Assembly (NCBI GenBank): GCA_963838925.1
Contig: CAWISW010000001.1
Coordinates: 347,745-411,744, forward strand
Direction: 5' to 3'
From: an uncultured Nitrososphaerota archaeon
GTDB taxonomy: Archaea; Thermoproteota; Nitrososphaeria; Nitrososphaerales; Gagatemarchaeaceae
Length of the DNA stretch: 64,000 nucleotides
This document shows, in pieces, positions 61,667-64,000 of the stretch. The notes beneath the pieces are model-generated. The model was not told where the DNA came from and searched no databases. It saw only the letters and a program-made list of their open reading frames with translations. The first letter of the stretch is position 1; each line of letters starts with the position of its first letter. The translations under genes were made by a program, and so were the position numbers.

Positions 61667-62386
61667 CTAGATGTGGAACTCGCTTTCCGCAGGTTCGATG
61701 ACCCCGGCAAAGACTTTGGAGAAATTGGCGAGCATGTAACCGGCGAGCTCCTGCAGGCGACGTTCCTTCAAGTTCGACCAGATGGCTGCTGCTGACTCGT
61801 GCGGAGACCACCATTCAGGATGCAAGAGCAACTGAATGGGGGCGCGCCTCTCGTCAAGCCACGAGAACAGGCGAGCATGGAAGGCGTCGCTGCGGCGCGA
61901 ATCAGAGAGATAGCGATCCTCGCCCCAAACGTTAGTACCATAACCATTGGCAAAGTCTGCGAAATCCTTTCCCAGCACAGCGGGCGAAGGACGATGGAAA
62001 CTGACGGCCATGTCGATGGGCTCGCAGCAGTCATGAAACCATTGGAGCGAGCGCAGGACCTTAGCGCCATCGGCGCCAATGAGATTTTCGTCGACGTGCA
62101 AGCCGACACAATGACCCATTTCGCGGAGCTTGCGGATGATCTCCCGCGAGCGCGCGCTGAAGGGATTGTAGGTCTCGGCATTCAACTGAAAGAAGATGTT
62201 CGAGGCTGCACCCTCGCCCGCGGCAATTTCGCCGAGGCGGAGAGCACAGGCAGGAGAAATGTCGACGTCGTGGCGCAAATAGAAAGGCTGGGCGACCGAG
62301 GCTGGACGATCCAGGCGCAGAAAGGAGTATCCGCGCTCTTTGGCCCTACGGATGATATCGCGAAACGAGGTATAAGAGAAGATCAC
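61667..62386 (-). CDS. Polysaccharide deacetylase-like protein (bacterial)
   Basis: LRHDVD, GHCVGLH, SFHRP, YLSDS, QLLLHPEWW. Confidence 0.75.
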   Translation of the reverse strand: MIFSYTSFRDIIRRAKERGYSFLRLDRPASVAQPFYLRHDVDISPACALRLGEIAAGEGAASNIFFQLNAETYNPFSARSREIIRKLREMGHCVGLHVDENLIGADGAKVLRSLQWFHDCCEPIDMAVSFHRPSPAVLGKDFADFANGYGTNVWGEDRYLSDSRRSDAFHARLFSWLDERRAPIQLLLHPEWWSPHESAAAIWSNLKERRLQELAGYMLANFSKVFAGVIEPAESEFHI

Positions 62387-63140
62387 GGAGCCAGCCCTTC
62401 AATCAGATAATTGTTCTTTTCAAAGGAGAAGTAACCTTGATTGGCGATGTCCACCTCGGCCTGGCGCTTGAGGAGCGGCTCGAGAGCAGAATGGTAGTAG
62501 CCAGCGGCGCGGAAGAAGGCGAGGACATCGTCGGCGGAGGTGATGTGCAGATCATTTCTGCGGAGAAAGACGCGGACATCTTCGAAATAGGCGCGGGAGT
62601 AGGGTTCGAGAAAATTAGGTCCGAAATGCGTGGCCTGATCGAGCTCGGGGCGGCGGAGACCGAGCGTTTGAGGGTCTCACGCAGGCCATTAGGAGCGTTG
62701 GGCGTGCAGACCAGTAAGCGGCCGTGCGGTTTGAGAGCCAGGCGCATGGCATCGAGAGTGGCGATGTGGTCTGGGGAGTACCAGAGGGCGTGGATAGAGT
62801 AGGCGAGGTCGTAGCGGCGGACAGGAAAACGAGCAATGGTTTGCGCGGCATCTTTCATGTCTCCTACGGCTGTGGACAGGCCGCGACGGTCCCCGCCTCC
62901 CTGGCGTAGCTTTTCGACTGATTCGGCGGAGAGATCGAAGGCCGACACAGTGCCGTTGTCCTGAAGTTGTTCGAGAATGCGCAGAGAATGCGTGCCAACG
63001 CCACAGCCGACATCCGGCACGTCCATGCTTGGCTGCACGGCGAGATGCTTGAGGACCCAGGCATGAAAGTCGAAGGCAGCATAGCGTTTGTTAATCTGAA
63101 GACGTGTTTCCAGGCTGTCTGTAGCCGTCACATTCGGCAT
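62383..63140 (-). pseudogene. Class I SAM methyltransferase, frameshifted near 62665 (bacterial)
   Basis: DVGCGVG, DLS, LKPHGRL; the C-terminus continues in another frame. Confidence 0.65.
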
Positions 63141-63336
63141 GTTCGCGATAGGCCATGATTTCTCCGAACTAGGCGGAGTAACGTTTTCGAGTCAGTGCGC
63201 CATACTTCCACCCGTTCAGGATATACTTGAAGCCTGAACGAGGCATAGCAACAAGCTGGACTTTGTTGCCGCTGGTGAACTTTAGCAACGTCTCCGTCCA
63301 TTCCCATTTGATCCGTTGCCTCAGGGGCTCGAGTCC

Positions 63337-63552
63337 TTATTCACGAGCAGCTTGAATGTCGGAGCTCCGCACCCCACGCGCAAGAGCATCGAATTCTTTC
63401 TCGTTAAGACGGTAGGCGGTGTACGCACCGGAAACGCCAGCGCCGATGACGGCGGTGTCCACTCGTGTGGGAACAGTCGTTGGTTTATTCATTCGTTCTT
63501 GCTCCCCATCCTTGGAACTCATCGTGAGCCTGATCTTGCAGTCCTCGATCAC
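63337..63552 (-). other. N-terminal fragment of an FAD-dependent oxidoreductase
   Basis: VDTAVIGAGVSGAYTAYRL, then the sequence breaks off. Confidence 0.55.
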
Positions 63553-63639
63553 TGACCAAATTCATGCGTCAGCTTCGACAATCTCGGGTTATTGCAGGAA
63601 GAAGCCGGCTGAAATGTTATCGTCGCATAGCCCAACGCC

Positions 63640-63850
63640 AACAAGGACGAGTGGGCTGACGACGGCAAATTTGACGCTGCCATCGGACCAGCGGTTCTTT
63701 ACATCGACTTGATAATTGGCGACGAGACTTCCGCCGGCAACAGGTTGCAGGCATCGCTGGAATTCGCCTTGTGCAAAAGGCCGGCCGAAAGTAATCGGCC
63801 GCCCAGATTGGTTCGGGCCATCGGTCTCGTAGAGCCTTACGCTTTCGTTA
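63640..63850 (-). other. Fragment of a bacterial secreted protein
   Basis: RPITFGRPFAQGE..QVDVKNRWSDGSVKFAVVS. Confidence 0.45.
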
Positions 63851-64000
63851 GGTGGGGATCCGGGGGGGCTCTGGGTCCGGTTGAATTGCCCCCTAAATGG
63901 TAAGGTGCTGACTGTGCGCCCAGGCAGCAAAGTGCAAATAAGAGCATTCCCAGTTTCTTCATCCGATATTCTCCAGCCGACGGTTTCCAGCAATACGTGG

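Overview
Positions 1 to ~59,485 are high-GC archaeal DNA. TFB, SmAP3-type Lsm, TrpB2, TackOD1-like and class III pilin genes suggest a TACK archaeon, probably a non-ammonia-oxidising Nitrososphaerota lineage (inference). In order, the window holds: tfb (partial), mdh, fixAB and a fixC-X fusion, lysC, hom, trpB2, three tnpB genes, Lsm, two tandem GT-C/PMT-like glycosyltransferases, housekeeping genes, a regulator/sensor island with a small secreted triple-repeat peptide, three giant Ser/Thr-rich surface proteins, and a type IV pilus locus (ATPase with two inteins, two TadC-like proteins, five pilins). The standout observation is two diverged tnpB-only elements (393-1714 and 13620-14959). Each is bounded by ~23-bp terminal inverted repeats resembling IS6-family ends and by a perfect 8-bp target-site duplication, so an RNA-guided nuclease sits in a DDE-type non-autonomous transposon rather than an IS200/IS605/IS607 chassis. 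Both copies lie just upstream of a host TATA box. A second candidate system is a pheromone/RiPP-like (GDPGGSGGPN)x3 precursor amid sensors and regulators. After ~59,485 the sequence becomes a patchwork of truncated bacterial fragments, most likely a chimeric read or assembly. Several +1 frameshifts look like sequencing errors. All assignments come from motif recognition by eye; no searches were run.
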